From: Lytechinus pictus
Lineage: Eukaryota
DNA: 64,000 nt
Assembly: GCF_037042905.1 (NCBI RefSeq)
Contig: NC_087256.1
Span: forward strand, 9,486,001 to 9,550,000
Reading direction: 5' to 3'
Position 1 is the first letter of the stretch. Every line of letters begins with the position of its first letter. The notes below the pieces were generated by a model. The model was not told the DNA's origin and did not search any database. It saw only the letters and a program-made list of their open reading frames with translations. The position numbers and the translations under genes were made by a program. This document shows positions 49,301 to 63,133 of the stretch, piece after piece.

Positions 49301-52300
49301 CAACAGTCATTGAAGTAAAAGCAGTAAGGATCACAATAACACTGTCCATCTGAGTTGTACGGGGTAGTGGAACAGTTTTCACTGTTGCATGGTAACGAAC
49401 GTGTACATACCGGGATCGTCCATCCATTTACGGTGTAATTTTCATACCATTCAACATCTCCAAACCCAAGTCCTGCAATCAAAGGAAAGCCAAATTATTC
49501 CACGATTATAATTATGCAATTACGAGAGAAATAAATTATGCGTTATTTTAATAACGCAAAATGCAAAAATGTATGCAAAGCATGTTCAAAGTATATGAAG
49601 AATGGCCCATTTCAATCGTTATAGGAGCCAATGGTTAGATCTAATTATAATTTCATGTCAAGAAACTGAGCTGAATCTCCACTTTTTATAGAGTTTATGA
49701 AACAAGATCTTCATTGAATGCATTTTTACAGGGGGCAGGGGGCGCGTCCCTCACTGTTTCAAAAAGGGGTACACAATATCAAATGCCCCCCACACTTTTT
49801 GTCGAAGGAGCAAAAAAAGAAAAAAGGGGGAAAGAAATTAAAAAAAAAGAAGGGGAAAGAGAGGAGAAAAAAGAAGAGGAAAAATAAGAGGAGGAAGACG
49901 AATGGATAAAAGAAGGTGAGCATGGTGAGGGGAAGACCTCTTTCATGCCATTATATAAAACTTTCGCTCACGCTTCGCGCTCTCGTTGCCTGTTCTCTGA
50001 GATGCATATCTTGCTCAATATATATATATAGGCTGATATGAAGTTTAAAATATCAAGTTTTGAATTCAATATACAAAACATTTCTCGGACATCGAGCTTT
50101 GTGAGTTGTTTATTGTTATGATATGATGTGATTAGATTTGGAGGTTACATGTAGTGTTTATATAAAGTGATGGAGGTGTAATTTCACTTTTTCATGTAAT
50201 TGCTCAGGTATTTCAGACAAACAATTCAAACTTTCTGTTAGAGTCTTCATACAAAAAATGAGGCTGAAGTCATTGTCTTGTACAGTATAAACAATTTCGT
50301 TGTTTCATGCTTTTAATCAATTCAGAAGATTGAAAACAATATACATGTATGTAAATTACCTTAGGTTCTGATGATAATGCAGAACTAATTTGTGTTTTTT
50401 TTGTATTCCTCAATTTTATCTTGCCTTTGCACATGTTGCCATTTAAAGAAATATAAATCTATACTTTGTGAGTTGTTTATTGTAATGATATGATGTGATT
50501 AGATTTGGAGGTTACATGTAGTGTTTGTATAACCTGATGGAGGTGTAATTTCACTTTTTCATTTGTTTGATAAACAAATTGAATTTTTAGATAGTGTTCT
50601 TTTAATTGTGGAAATAAATTTAAATTGAATTGAATTACAATGTCCGTTTTATAACATATTTTGATTTATCGAGCACCTATTCTTTTCGTATATTCCATAA
50701 AGTTTTCAAAAGATATCCCCTTTCAGGTTTGATTGTCAAAAGGTATCATTTAGTATTGTGCACTCGCATTTTGATTGGTGCGTTATGTAAAACTATATTC
50801 TAACATACTTCTTAAAACCCCCTTTCATGACAGTTTATCAAAAAATTTGGCTCGCGATTTGCGCTCACATTATTTTTGTTAAAGATATATTAGCCTATGT
50901 ATCCAATTCATAATTACAAAAGTGCTTAAAATGTCCAGTTTTCTGGTCTTAATATCAACAAATGTAACGCTCTCATTAGGCTTATTAGATCAATAAGTAA
51001 GATATTAACATTTTCATGAATTCCTACTAATCAAATTGTTCCTTTCGGAATATCGACAAGTTTCATCTCGCGCTTAGTAAGATGGATTGGAAGGCAGTCA
51101 TCAATTTCATATGATGACAAAATGTACATAGAATTTCCCGGTCCTAGGTCAAAATGATAATTAAAAAAATCAGCTTGCGCTTCGAATTCGCATCATTTAT
51201 TAAGTGCGATCCATATCCAATTCAGAATTTTCCTACACAGTAAATGAAATAGTGCTCAAATTCACTCCTTTTCCCCTTTTCAGATCGGAATATCAAATAT
51301 TTTTAACTCGTGCTTCGCATTATTGATTTTCATAATTAAAAAAATTATTTAGAATGCTCAGATTCTAGGTCTAAATCTAAACACGCTCATGTTTATCGAG
51401 ATACACAGCTTATTCTTTATCTAAAATGTGCTTAATTTATCCTGTTTCAGATTTTTAAAAATCTGCTCACACTTCGCGCTCGCATTATTAATATAGTTAG
51501 ATACTCAATTACCCATCCTTTTCCTGATTAACATAACATGAATATCTGGTCCCGTTTTAAGTTCTAAATCTCAATTTTGATTCCGCTCGCGCTTCGCGTT
51601 CGCATCAATTGTATAGTTATATACCTATCCTGTCCATAATTACAAAAAGTGCTTAGAATGTCTAGCTTTTTGGTCAAAATGTCATAAATTTTCAGCTCGC
51701 ACTTCGCAATTTGATTGTTCAAATATGTATCGTCTTCATGGGTAACTTCAAACAGTCCTCAACAGGTCCGTTTTCGATTAGGCCAGAACGTATGTTAAAA
51801 ATTTCTGCTCGCAATAATTGTTACATACGCGCTTGTTCATGATCACAAACATTGCTCAAAATGTTCAATTTTCAGTACAAAAAACATGACATTTCCAAAA
51901 AAATTTACTCGCACTATTTGATTATAATACAATGAAATAGTGCAAGCTAAAAAAAAATTGGAAATAAAACAATATTGATATATTATATCAATATTTTTTA
52001 ATAAGAATAAAGCTAAGAATTGAATGTATATATATAAATATAATTATATACACACACACATTCTTTTATATTTAAGAGCTACTACTAGAGATTTTTTTAA
52101 AAATACGTCATACAGCAACATTTGAAAGTCCAGCTACAAACCTGAAGTTTTAATGATTTCGAATGTTTTTAAACATGTTTGGATTTGGGGCTTTGGCGAG
52201 AAAACATTTTATGGACTCGTACTCTTCTTTTTCATGGAAGTACAATAATGGCAAATTAGCAAGCCGTTGATTGTGCCATCCAATGACCATGATGACAAGT

Positions 52301-53547
52301 CGGTACTTACATACTTGTACTAGTTCAACCAACATTTATTGGACTCTAATTTGAGCAATAATAATTTTTTTTGGCCGGGATGATTTGGATGGAATCTAGA
52401 TACCATAATTGAGTAATTTTTAAGCAAGGATTTGTCTCATTATGAGCGCTTTTCAATAAGTTGGCGCTTATCCATACATATTACGTTCACTATTCATGAA
52501 TATTGATGTAAACAATCATGATAACAGAAATGGGGTAAAAATTATCATTATTCATAATAACAAAAGCAAGTATTGCCGAAATATACCGTGAAAATATGAA
52601 CACAGTACCCCAAACATATTGCGGGACAAAATGTGTCTTGAACGTCTCCACTCCATGACCAATGTGATATCCAAGTCTCATAATATTTGGGCGTAATATC
52701 TTGTGATTGTTATAGAATTTTTTTTTGTTGGGGGGGGGGGGGTTCTTTGCCTGATATAAAACTATACAATTTTTGTTCTTAAATGCATTAATCTTAATAC
52801 AGTGAAACGAAATATGTCAACATTGAAAATAAAGTTTTGGATTCAGGCCCTTTTTAAGAATAAAATAAACATTTCAAATATATTTTTTATTCAAACCTCC
52901 TTAAACTCTTCGGCGTAAATATAGCAAGTATCAGGGCTATTTAACAGTTCAAAATGGTAAAAGATGGTTTAAACAAAAAATTGCAAGTAAACTATTCAAA
53001 AAGCTGTTGTACAACACAGACAGGACTGCCATGGGCCTTTGTACTGACACTAATCATGTTGATTATAGGGCAGTTTCTTCTTTTTTAAAGTAAATCCGAC
53101 AGAGAGATTGTCAATATTTACTCATGATAACCTAACATGATGAAGGTCAGATGACTCGCCACATTTCCACAATAATCTGCCCAGAATAAATAAAACGTAC
53201 CTCGACGGTGTTTCAGTCAAATATTAGCCATTTTCAATGTATTTTTGCTGACATGCTGACATATGAGGATAGAAAAGCAGTCATCTAAGCAAATCTATAA
53301 TATTTGAGACTTTTTGGCCTCTTGTAAATGTTGGCAAATACTATACAAACCGTTAATAAAGATCAGAGTAAAAAGAAAGTCAAAGAAGTGACTGATCAGG
53401 AGAGATGTATGTTCTTTTTAGGATAACATGAATAAGATAATCAGCAGCAAAATAGATCAACTCACCGTTGGGCATGAAATTCAAGAAAAATAAACACAAA
53501 AGCACAATCCGAAGCCATGAAGCCATATGATCATTTCGATCTGCCAT
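46347..53547 (-). CDS. GPCR2: tandem paralog of GPCR1 (SMB-like/Cys-rich family-B 7TM receptor); 3 exons, about 933 aa
   Basis: Exons are 53547-53466 (MADRNDHMASWLRIVLLCLFFLNFMPN, 82 nt as in GPCR1), 49472-47023 and 46616-46347. All are GT-AG, in frame (2802 nt), and collinear with GPCR1. Confidence 0.9.
49730..52020 (-). repeat. TE-derived array of CTCGCGCTTCGCGCTCGC motifs in GPCR2 intron 1, interrupted by a LINE-tail-like insert containing a roughly 98-bp direct repeat
   Basis: Same family as the interior of 40611-41605. The direct repeat lies at about 50097-50194 and 50464-50562. Confidence 0.7.
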
Positions 53548-53784
53548 CCTTGGTCTGCTTTTCAGGACGGTCATATTGTACAGATTGAGATATTATGTAG
53601 CTAGAACACAAAGTTTAGAAATGCTTTGAAGCGACCCAGTAATATCTCCTTCTGTAGGCCGATGGATGCGTGAGCGATCGCAAAAAATAATAATTGTGCG
53701 GGGTTTTTTACATCTATATATTTCTTCCAACAAAGGCGTTTTGACAAATACAAAAGTTGTCATGGCCTTGATTTTTTCGCTAAG

Positions 53785-53835
53785 GTATTCAACTACAACA
53801 CTGAAAATTCAGATATGTAAACGATAGTGACGTCA
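53785..53835. promoter_or_regulatory. Conserved upstream block with CRE (TGACGTCA), shared with the GPCR1 upstream region at 31362-31417
   Basis: GGTATTCAA..GAAAAT.CAG..GTAAA.GAT.GTGACGT.A occurs about 240-290 bp upstream of the ATG in both paralogs. Confidence 0.5.
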
Positions 53836-53944
53836 CTTCTTTTGTCACTTCGAAACTACAGGCGAAATATAACACATAATAGAGTGGTTTCAAGAGCAAT
53901 TACTCGGTCATGGTAGGAAGTGAGGGCATTGAAAGAGGTCAGGA

Positions 53945-54000
53945 GAGACAGAGAGAGAAGAGAAGAGAAGAGAAGAGAAGAGAAGAGAAGAGAGGGGAGA
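53945..54000. repeat. (GAGAA)n purine microsatellite
   Basis: Tandem AGAAG pentamers. Confidence 0.85.
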
Positions 54001-54098
54001 GAAAGGGAGAGGGTGAGAGATAGGAGGGGATAAAGGGGATGAAAAGAGGAAAGTGAAGAAAAACGTGATATGCCTATTTGTCTTTGCAATCCTTTTTA

Positions 54099-54319
54099 CA
54101 CTAAAAAACATGTACCCAATTTGGGTAAAATGGGAACATGCATGTTAATTGTTGGGTAAAAAGATACCAAATATTTTGTAAATTTTACGCAATGTGCCGT
54201 TGAAATTTTCCCTCAAACATGCATTTTGCCCAATATTGGAAGGAAATAATACAAGGCAAACATGCATGTTCCCTTTCTACCCAATATTGGGTAAAGTTTT
54301 ACTCTCTGTTTTTAGAGTG
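54099..54319. mobile_element. CACT-terminated MITE with TA TSD
   Basis: TA-CACTAAAAAACA ... TGTTTTTAGAGTG-TA with TACCCAA/TTGGGTA subterminal repeats. Confidence 0.7.
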
Positions 54320-56941
54320 TAAAGATCTCCCACCATTGATGAAACTCTTGATACTACAGAATACTATTATAAGAATATAGCTACTCAATTTTCCTGGTAT
54401 GTCGCGACCGTGCAATATAGGTAACTGTATGATCTTTTGGTATATTACGGTTATATCAGGTAGCATGTGTATAAGCCCAGGGGTATAAACTTTCATAAGC
54501 TTCCCGGTTATATCCTGGGCGGAAGAACTTTAAAGTTGTATCAATATTAGCCAATTTCCAACTTTCGACAGCTATACTGCGTTACAATGATACAATCGAC
54601 CCATCCTCCCCCGCCCCCCCCCCCCCGTCAACAAATGGTTTTATCTCATATCTTTGTAGGCTGTATATATTTCCGAAGAATATACAGAAATGTCTTATTT
54701 TTCAAGGAGGGCGTTTTATTTTAGCATCATCGAAATCATTGAAGAAGCTCTTTCAATTATGAAAGAAATGAAAGAGAAAATGCAGTAGGCTAAAGTTTCA
54801 AGAGAGGTTCCAGAGTGATGGTTAATATATTTTCAGTGGAGATGTCTTTATAGGAATATATTGGCTTCTGTCCTTTTTAAAGGACAAGTCTACCCTAACA
54901 AAATGTTAATATGAATTTTTAAAAAATCAAATAAGCATAACGCCAAAAAGATCATCAAAATCGAATGCAAAATATGAAATTTCACAATTTCACAATCATA
55001 ATTATGCACAACCCCTTTTGTTTTGCTTGTCAGATTATTTCTTTTGTTTTGCATCCCCCCCCCTAAATTTTGGTTTGATAACCTTTTTTTTTTGCTTGTC
55101 AGATTATTTTTCTTGCGTTCCCCCTAACTTTTGGGTTGATAACCCCCCCTTTTTTTTTTGCTTGTCAATTTTTTTTCCTATGTCCAACCATAAATTTCAG
55201 GTGGACCCCTTCCCCTAAATTTGTGGGCTTCCGCCGCCAATGGTTCGTAGTTAAATCTGCCATTCCATTCTTGCACAAAATCACTCCTGCTGTAAACTCT
55301 GTTTCTCCAACTCTCCCCATGCACCCCCTTCACAAATACACGCACCCATGCACACCCCCACCCCCCCCCCAACACACCCTCACACAGACACACTTCTCAT
55401 TTTTGCTTCAAACATCAGTTCGGACATAGACCCCAATCATAATTTAAAAATTCTAATATGTTTTTTTTTATAACAATCAATACTGACACTTGCAATTTGA
55501 CAACACTCCAATGGTTGAAAGACAAAATATGGACGGATAAAAATATTGCTCATTGCTCAATTGTAGTTCAGAGCAAGAAACATTAACTCTATATGAGTGA
55601 TCGCATTTGCCTTGTCATCCCCCAGTTGGCTACATGTAGGAATTTAAAAAAAAATCTTACTACATGATTTGTAAGTACAAACATATCTTATAGAATGGAA
55701 AATCTCAGTTGAAAACATGATTATAAATCAACATCTGCACTTCACGTGGAAAATGCCAGAACCACCCCCCCGCGCCCCCTCCAAAAAATAGATAAATATC
55801 AGTCACCATTGTACTGAAATAATGAAAACATAACGTAATAAAATTACATTCCTAGACATATTAACTGCACACATTGATGTTTGTAGAGAATCAGTTTTGA
55901 CATCTATTGACACTATTGCCGTGAACGCTATTTAGACTCTACTTCGATTTTGGCTTTTTTGGGGGAACTCGGCGTGCGGATGTACAACTTCCGGTGCTTC
56001 AACACGGAATAGGCCAATCAGCGTTATTGTTCCCATCCAGTTAGTGGAGAGATCGGTGGTAGAAGTGGGTGGGGTGAGTGCGCTTGTGTGTCGGGATGTG
56101 TGCGTGTCCGCTCATACTGTGATATGTCTTTATTTCGGAAAGAAAACGTGGTAGGACAAACAGAAAGATATTTCAAGGCCTTTTAACTTTCGTTTTATTT
56201 TTTGTAAAGAAGAAAAGATTTTAAAAAATGGCAACTAAACCATGATCATTGATCAAAAACATCAATCCAGTCCAAGTTGGTAGCAGACCACGCGACCGAA
56301 CCTAATATTGCAGTGAGGGAGAATTTGGGGAATAGGACCAAGCTGTAGTCAATCAAGTAGATAAAATGTCAATTTGTGATCAGAAAAGGGTTACTGTGAG
56401 GAGGTCCGGAGCTGGAAAAGAGATCGAGCTTTCAGAAGACGTCCGTCAATCATTATAATCTAATGAAAACAAATGCACAAGTTGACGATTGTAAACACAA
56501 AGTCATTAAGTATAACACATCAAAATATGAAATCTATTTCCATGAATAAAGTAAAACCGGGGACAATACACTTATTAGAAACGAAATATCTTGGCGGATA
56601 ATGATTGATTGTGTGGTTATAGAGATCGTTCCGTGTGAGTGTTTTCATAGTTCTTTTCAGATTGCACATTCGCTCTGAATATCATTGGTTAGATCTGTAT
56701 TATTTCTACACCTTCTACTCCAGTGCCTCCTTTCGTTTCGAGACAATGAACAGGGCACATGAAGTAATAGTTAAAAATTCCCTCGTTTGGCAAAGGTGGG
56801 GAGAAGATAAAAAAAAACGACTGTTCACTACTTCCTCATTTGAGAATATATTTGAGAGTATGTTCTGTGACAAGACAAGTCCATGGTCATATCGATATAT
56901 TAATTCAAGAACATTCAAACGATTTAATTCTTCGATTCAAG

Positions 56942-59900
56942 ATGGCAGCAAAGGTTCGCCTGCTGTTCTTGCTCATATTGGTGTTTCTTACACCTAGCGG
57001 TGAGATTTCAAACCCTTCTTAAAGTACTCATTAAGAATTTCGATATCATATTGCATTGATTTTGAAAGTATAATGTATTAGTCATTCCCAGCAATCCGAT
57101 ATGGATAAGGATTGAGTAGGGTCATCCAGGTCACAGGATGGAAGAAAATAAGAATGTCTATACATCTAGGTGTGTGAAGTCATTTTTCTACAGGGATGAT
57201 TTTTTTTATTGATACTCACTATAGTTTTGTAATCAATCACCATGGCATAGAGTCATTTAATTTGATTCCTGTTCATTTGAATAATTTATTTTGGCCTTGA
57301 AACTATGTAATACCAAATAATTCAATTGAAAGAAAAGACTTCTACTTGACCCCGATAAAATAACCTGGCTCTGCCCCTGTTACAAGATATGATTTTGTTT
57401 GTGGCTTTCTGGTATGCAGTCGCTCAATAGAATTGTGAGATAAGTTGTTGAAGGCATTTATTTTTTATAAAGAAGGGGAGCCTAGTATCCCTCAAATGTA
57501 AAGTTTAAATTTTCACAGAGTCATCAGATGAAAAAATATATAATGGTCTCTGCACTTTTGTAAAATTGAACTCTTACTAAAGCTTGAGACAGACTTTAAT
57601 CTTTAAATTGAAGCAGTATTAATGTAAGCATTTTCGATAAATTAATGTGATTGTACGCTTATAATTATTAGGTTTTTTAAATAATTAATTTTGTATTTTC
57701 ATCCATTACAGAAGAAAGATTTGTAAACGTCACAATAGAAGGCTTGACCGTCCCCGTTTGCGAGTCCCACTCTCTGTGTAACCCACAAAATGGATGCACT
57801 TCAGTCAACCCTCCCTCGGATTTAACATGCCATTGTGATCCGCCTTGTTTCTTCTTCAACGATTGTTGCCCCGATTTCCTAACAACGTGCACCAATTCAT
57901 CTCCTCTTTATAGCCAGTTTGTCAATGCAACCGAGAACATCGATTCTGACCAGCTGTCCTGTATGATCCCTCCTCACTCATATTCTTCGGGCAAAAATAC
58001 AGCGTTTCTGATGATCGACAAGTGTGCATCAGACTGGAACAATGTCTTGGTACAGGAATACTGCGAAGGATTTGCAACTGAGTCTGACTTCTTCACCCTA
58101 GCTCCTGTATCTTTCGTGTCATCCATTAGTTTCAAGAATCCATACTGTGCTAAATGTAACAGGATAAATCTCCATGATGTCACTCCTTGGTCTTTCTTTG
58201 TGGAATGTAGCACTCAAGCCCCGGAGATACCCACTAATGCGACCTTTCAAGAGCGTGTTACAATATTGATGAAGAATTGTACTAATTGGTTCTTCGTGCC
58301 TCCATCATCTGGTATAACGGATGTGAGAATATGTTCCAATACAGAGTTTGGTACTTGTCGGAATACCGATGACGGAGAAGCATCATTTGCTATCCAACGT
58401 GCTTGTCGTTCCTATCTAGCAACGTTCATTTCGCTCAGAGATGGCCGTATGTACAGAAATCCTCACTGTTTTCTATGTGATAACACGTCCGACCAGTACA
58501 ATATATCCATACTTCATTCCTCAGTGGGTGATGTAATACCTTGTACAGATCATCAGCAGACAGTCACCATCAGGGAGCCATTGACTACGCAGGTGCAAGA
58601 GATTGCCACTTACAGCCAAATGACACAAGTCTATATGACATATGTAGTTTCTCTAAGCATTGATGCCATCGTTGCTGAGGGGCCTTCTACAGACTTTGAC
58701 CCTCTATGGTCAGGTACTTTCAATCAGGAGTCTTCACTACATCCCTTACCCCCTATATCAGTTTTGATTGATTTTACGTCACTCCATGACGCGCCATCCT
58801 TAGAAGAAATCGTGCCAGTAGCTTGCAACCACACACAGGTCTTTGACCCATCTATGCAAATGTGTATCGAACTCTCCTGCCCTGCAGGCTACAAACTCTT
58901 AGATAGGTCATGTGTCGTCGATTCAACCAAAGGTGACATGAGATGTTTGAATGATAGTCGAATACCTTCTACTGCCACAGTGAGTTGCGAGCATGAAGTC
59001 GTAGGAAAATCGTTCTGTGGCCCTTTGTGGCCCATTGCAAATGAATCAGTGTCGTGGTTCACCCTACATAGCAGCCTTCCCCAGAATATTAAAGTTCGAG
59101 AGATAAGCGCGACGTGGAGGAATGTGAGCTCTTCTCGTATTGGAATCTGCTTACAAGTTGTCACCCTCACTTTTGATTTGCCCAGGGGCTTTGTGCCGTT
59201 CAGACAACCATCTAAGATGGTCCGGTGGGTTGTCCCAGGGACCAGGAATTCGGGAGACCTGACATGCCGTTTATCAGAAGTCAATGTGCAAGTAGGATGT
59301 GTTAGAAGAGGAGATCAGATATGTAGTAACAATTCTGTCTGGTTTAATGAATTCCAGATTATGGGTGATTCTTCAAGGACAATTTTTTTTGTGAGCGAAA
59401 CTAATACCTCTTACGCGATTGAAGATTCTCTCTTGACACAAAGATTTCGGTGGTATTCTGATAATTCCAGCAATGTAGATGCAGATCTTTTGGTTTGTAT
59501 GCGTGAGAACGCGTCACGATGTGCGATGATAACGTTAGAGGTCGATGACTTTGTCATGTTAAGAAATGGTTCAGTTTTGTATAAACCACTCGGTATGATT
59601 TTTGATCAAGATAATTACAAATTGGTGAATAACGACTCCATTCAAGTCTGTTCCTTCCTAGACAGTACTGGAAACACCACCCGTGAATATTACCTAATCA
59701 CATTTTCAAAAGGGCAGTCTATAACAAGTTTCATTGGTTGTCTTCTGTCGATTGCTTGCCTTGTGTTTACCCTTGTCACCTACGTCAAGTTTGGAAGCCT
59801 TCGAAAATCTATTTGTAGTCAGTTAGTAATGAGTACATGCGTTTCCTTGACATTGGCACAGTTAATGTTGCTCTTCAGTGGCATGGCGAAATCGAACCAC

Positions 59901-61481
59901 ATCTCTTGCACATGTTTTGCCGTACTCGGACACTACCTGTGGCTTGTTGTCTTTGCACATTCGATGGCCCTTGCATTTGACCTCTATCGCAGGTTTGGAC
60001 TAACTCAAAAGGTCAAGAAAACATCCGAAGGCCAGAGACTACTGGTGGTGTTTCTTGTCTCTGCGTGGGGGTCACCATTGCTCATCGTCATACCCTGCGT
60101 GATAGTCCACCTCTGTAAGTTGCCCCATGTTGCACTGACTTACGGTACAATCAAATCCTGCTGGATTGGTAATGGCTTCATGAACCTCTATGTGTTTGGT
60201 GTGCCCATGGCCCTCAGTCTGATCTTTAATGGAATTCTCTTTGCTCTCGTTGTTGCTGGTCTTCGTAAAAGGACAAACCAAACCACGAAGAGAAAGTCAT
60301 CGAAGCTGACGACTGAAGGTGTTGTCTATCTGAAGGTAAGATTGCTTCACTTTTTACTTTAATCATACTTTTAATTCCACGTTGTTCGATGAAAATGGGG
60401 GAAATTAACATGAAAATCGCTAAATATTTAAGATTGATTAAAAATCACTTAATGTCTTAAGTTCTTATTGATATGGCTAAAACATTTACTATTGATAAGG
60501 GCTGTAATCGCCAGACATGCGGATTTAGAGACATATTGTAAACAAAAACTCACTTCTATAGAAAACGCAAAATCCCAGATCAACCAACGACTACAAGAAA
60601 TACGATACGGATTTTAAACTGTAGCATTATCAATAACCGAAGTCACAGTAGTGTTCTGAGTAATAAGCCATAATCATGAAAATGTGAATGGATACCCCTA
60701 CAAGAGGGACGTTTTTTTTAACGAAATAAAGAACGGGTGCTAGAGAATTAGGTATTTATGACCACACCTTCCTCTTTATGCTCTTCTGTCTTTCGTCACG
60801 CTTCCCTTTACTTCTGATTCTTCCCCCTTTTCTCTCTTTTCCACACTTTGTCTCTACTTGAAAAATCAGAGGGAATAGCAACCTCACAATCCACTGTTCC
60901 CTGTAGCGCTATTACTGCCCTAAACCATGTCAACGTTTTCTTGTTTTCCCATTTTACCGCAGATGTCAACACTACTTGGATTCACATGGATATTTGGTTT
61001 CATTGCTGCCTTTGCCAACGTTACGGCTCTCTTGTATATCTTCATCATCCTCAACTCTCTCCAAGGAGTCTACATCTTTATCGCTTTCATCTGTAACAAG
61101 CGTGTCTTTAAGATGTGGCAAGACTCATGCTCGTGCAACCATTGTGCCTCATTCACCTACATATGTCAGTTTTTGCGATCCCTGTCGGCAGAGCAATCGT
61201 CATCCATCAAAACTTCCGAATCAACACGGACCTTGTCTTCTGTGTCGTCCACGAAGAAGGGAAATCCGGGTACGTCCATCTCTATGACAGAAACTTCATC
61301 TAGCTATTCTGTACGTGATGTGAATCCAGACCTGATTGAGACAGATTCCTCGGCCTTTGAAACACCGATGCCGGTCTTCGAGTCCCCGCCTCGCTCCACT
61401 TCGGCACGAAAAGACATACCGATTCCAATTTCCAGTCAACTCATGGATGAGCTGAAAGCGCAGTTTGGAAGAAAGGTGTAG
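56942..61481 (+). CDS. GPCR3: divergent, inverted paralog (SMB-like/Cys-rich family-B 7TM receptor) with a long Ser/Thr-rich tail; 3 exons, about 1066 aa
   Basis: Exons are 56942-56999 (signal peptide MAAKVRLLFLLILVFLTPS, phase 1), 57712-60335 and 60963-61481. Intron positions and phases match GPCR1/2 (3201 nt). Confidence 0.9.
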
Positions 61482-61683
61482 GTCAAACAGATATGGGATT
61501 CATAAAAATAATGTGACCGGACATTTAAGAAAGACTGAGTAATGTTGCGGTTGGGATGTCGCGTGCTTCGACGCAATATATATATTTTTTTGTTTCATTG
61601 TTTCATTGGGCTACACATTTATAAATTGAGACAACGTACAAGCAGGATGGGACTCTAATCGTAATGGCGACATGTAGAGAAAA

Positions 61684-61825
61684 GACACGAATGTCGGACG
61701 GCGCTTTATAACACAGACACGAATGTCAGACGGCGCTCTATTGCTATATCTTTACCCAGACCCGAATGACAGACGGCGCTTTATTGCTGTATCATTACAC
61801 AGACACGAATGTCAGACGACGCTAA
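61684..61825 (+). repeat. Short tandem repeat (4 copies of ACACGAATGTCAGACGGCGCT) downstream of the GPCR3 stop
   Basis: Copies at about 61685, 61717, 61759 and 61803. Confidence 0.8.
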
Positions 61826-61830
61826 GCTAT

Positions 61831-62282
61831 AGGGTTACACCAGAACCGATTTCTTCCGCATAAATTCTGGCCGATTCTGCCCGAATGTGGCCTGATTTGG
61901 ATGGTTTCGGTGGATTCTCTGATTCAGGAAGCTCCCCGAATAGAGACAAATTGGTCCAGAATAAGTCCCGATTCAGCGCTGAATCGCCAAGAATGGACAC
62001 GAATCAATTTTGGCCATCCCGAATAAAGCCGAATGTCACCCGAATAGTGGCAAGAATTGAACCAAAGGTGCCTAGAATCGAGGCGAATGTGGCCCAATTG
62101 CTCCGGTTACAGCCGAATGACGACCCGAATCGGAACGAATATGGCCAAATGTGCCAAGCTCGGACCGAATCTGCCCAGTATACTCCGAATGCCTCCCCTT
62201 ATCCAACCGAATGTCATCTGAATATACATCCCAAATGTGACCCGAATGAAATGTTGTTGTGGAGGGTATTCGGCCGGTTTTG
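61831..62282. mobile_element. Harbinger-like MITE fragment rich in CCGAAT repeats
   Basis: Starts AGGGTTACACCAGAACCG and contains many CCGAAT units. The right end was not found. Confidence 0.5.
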
Positions 62283-63133
62283 AACGTATGAAAACGAGCC
62301 GAAGAAACATATTCTTAAAGAAACTATATGTGTATATTTTTATTTGTATTATCATAATGTGATCTACGTAGAGTATGACTTGGTGGATGATGGCTAGAGG
62401 GTCTCAGTTACACTCTCTTATCGATTTTGCTGGGATGCATTACGTTCATGCTTGGTATTCCCCTGGATTTTTCACTCGCTTACAGGAGCTTGGGAACGAG
62501 TTTTTAAGAGTTGGTGCTAGTTTGCCAACCCCCCCCCCAAAAAAAAAAGGGGAAGATGATTTTGGTCCTATTTCTAACATTTTAGCATACTAACCTGATT
62601 TCCAGGGGGTGCTGACTTTGGTGTATAACATACTCAGCACCCCGAGAAGAAATATGGTGGTGCCTAGGTCCCCCCTCCACTTCCCAGGGCAATGTTCGCT
62701 TGTCTTTTTATTATGGAATGAATTGTATATTTTCTTTTTAATTTATGAATTAATAAAACATTGCAGTGGGGAATTGGAAAAAAGGGTTGATCAATTACCT
62801 TCACCTGTGCATTTATATGTGTTGTTTAATGCACTGAATCATGTTTTTGCACTCCCCGCATTCTATCGTTGGCTTGTGATTGTATGATTTAGTAGCTTAT
62901 GGTTTGTTGGGACTGTTTCTTATGTACGGTATAAAAATCAAAACAGTATATGCAGTACATGTACAAAATCAAGAATTACAATGGTGACTGTTTACATAAA
63001 TGCTTCAAACGACACGGATAGATCGCTATATTCAGAGCCATTGATATAATTATAATGAACGCAAAATTGACGAAAAGGGTGATGTGTAAACTACTTTTAG
63101 TGATTTTGCTTGTGATTTTTTATTCCCCATATC

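Noticed and set aside
56347-56359. 13-mer AGTCAATCAAGTA shared with the GPCR1 upstream region (31389-31401)
   Set aside because: It is in the opposite orientation relative to the gene, is absent from GPCR2, and is short enough to arise by chance.
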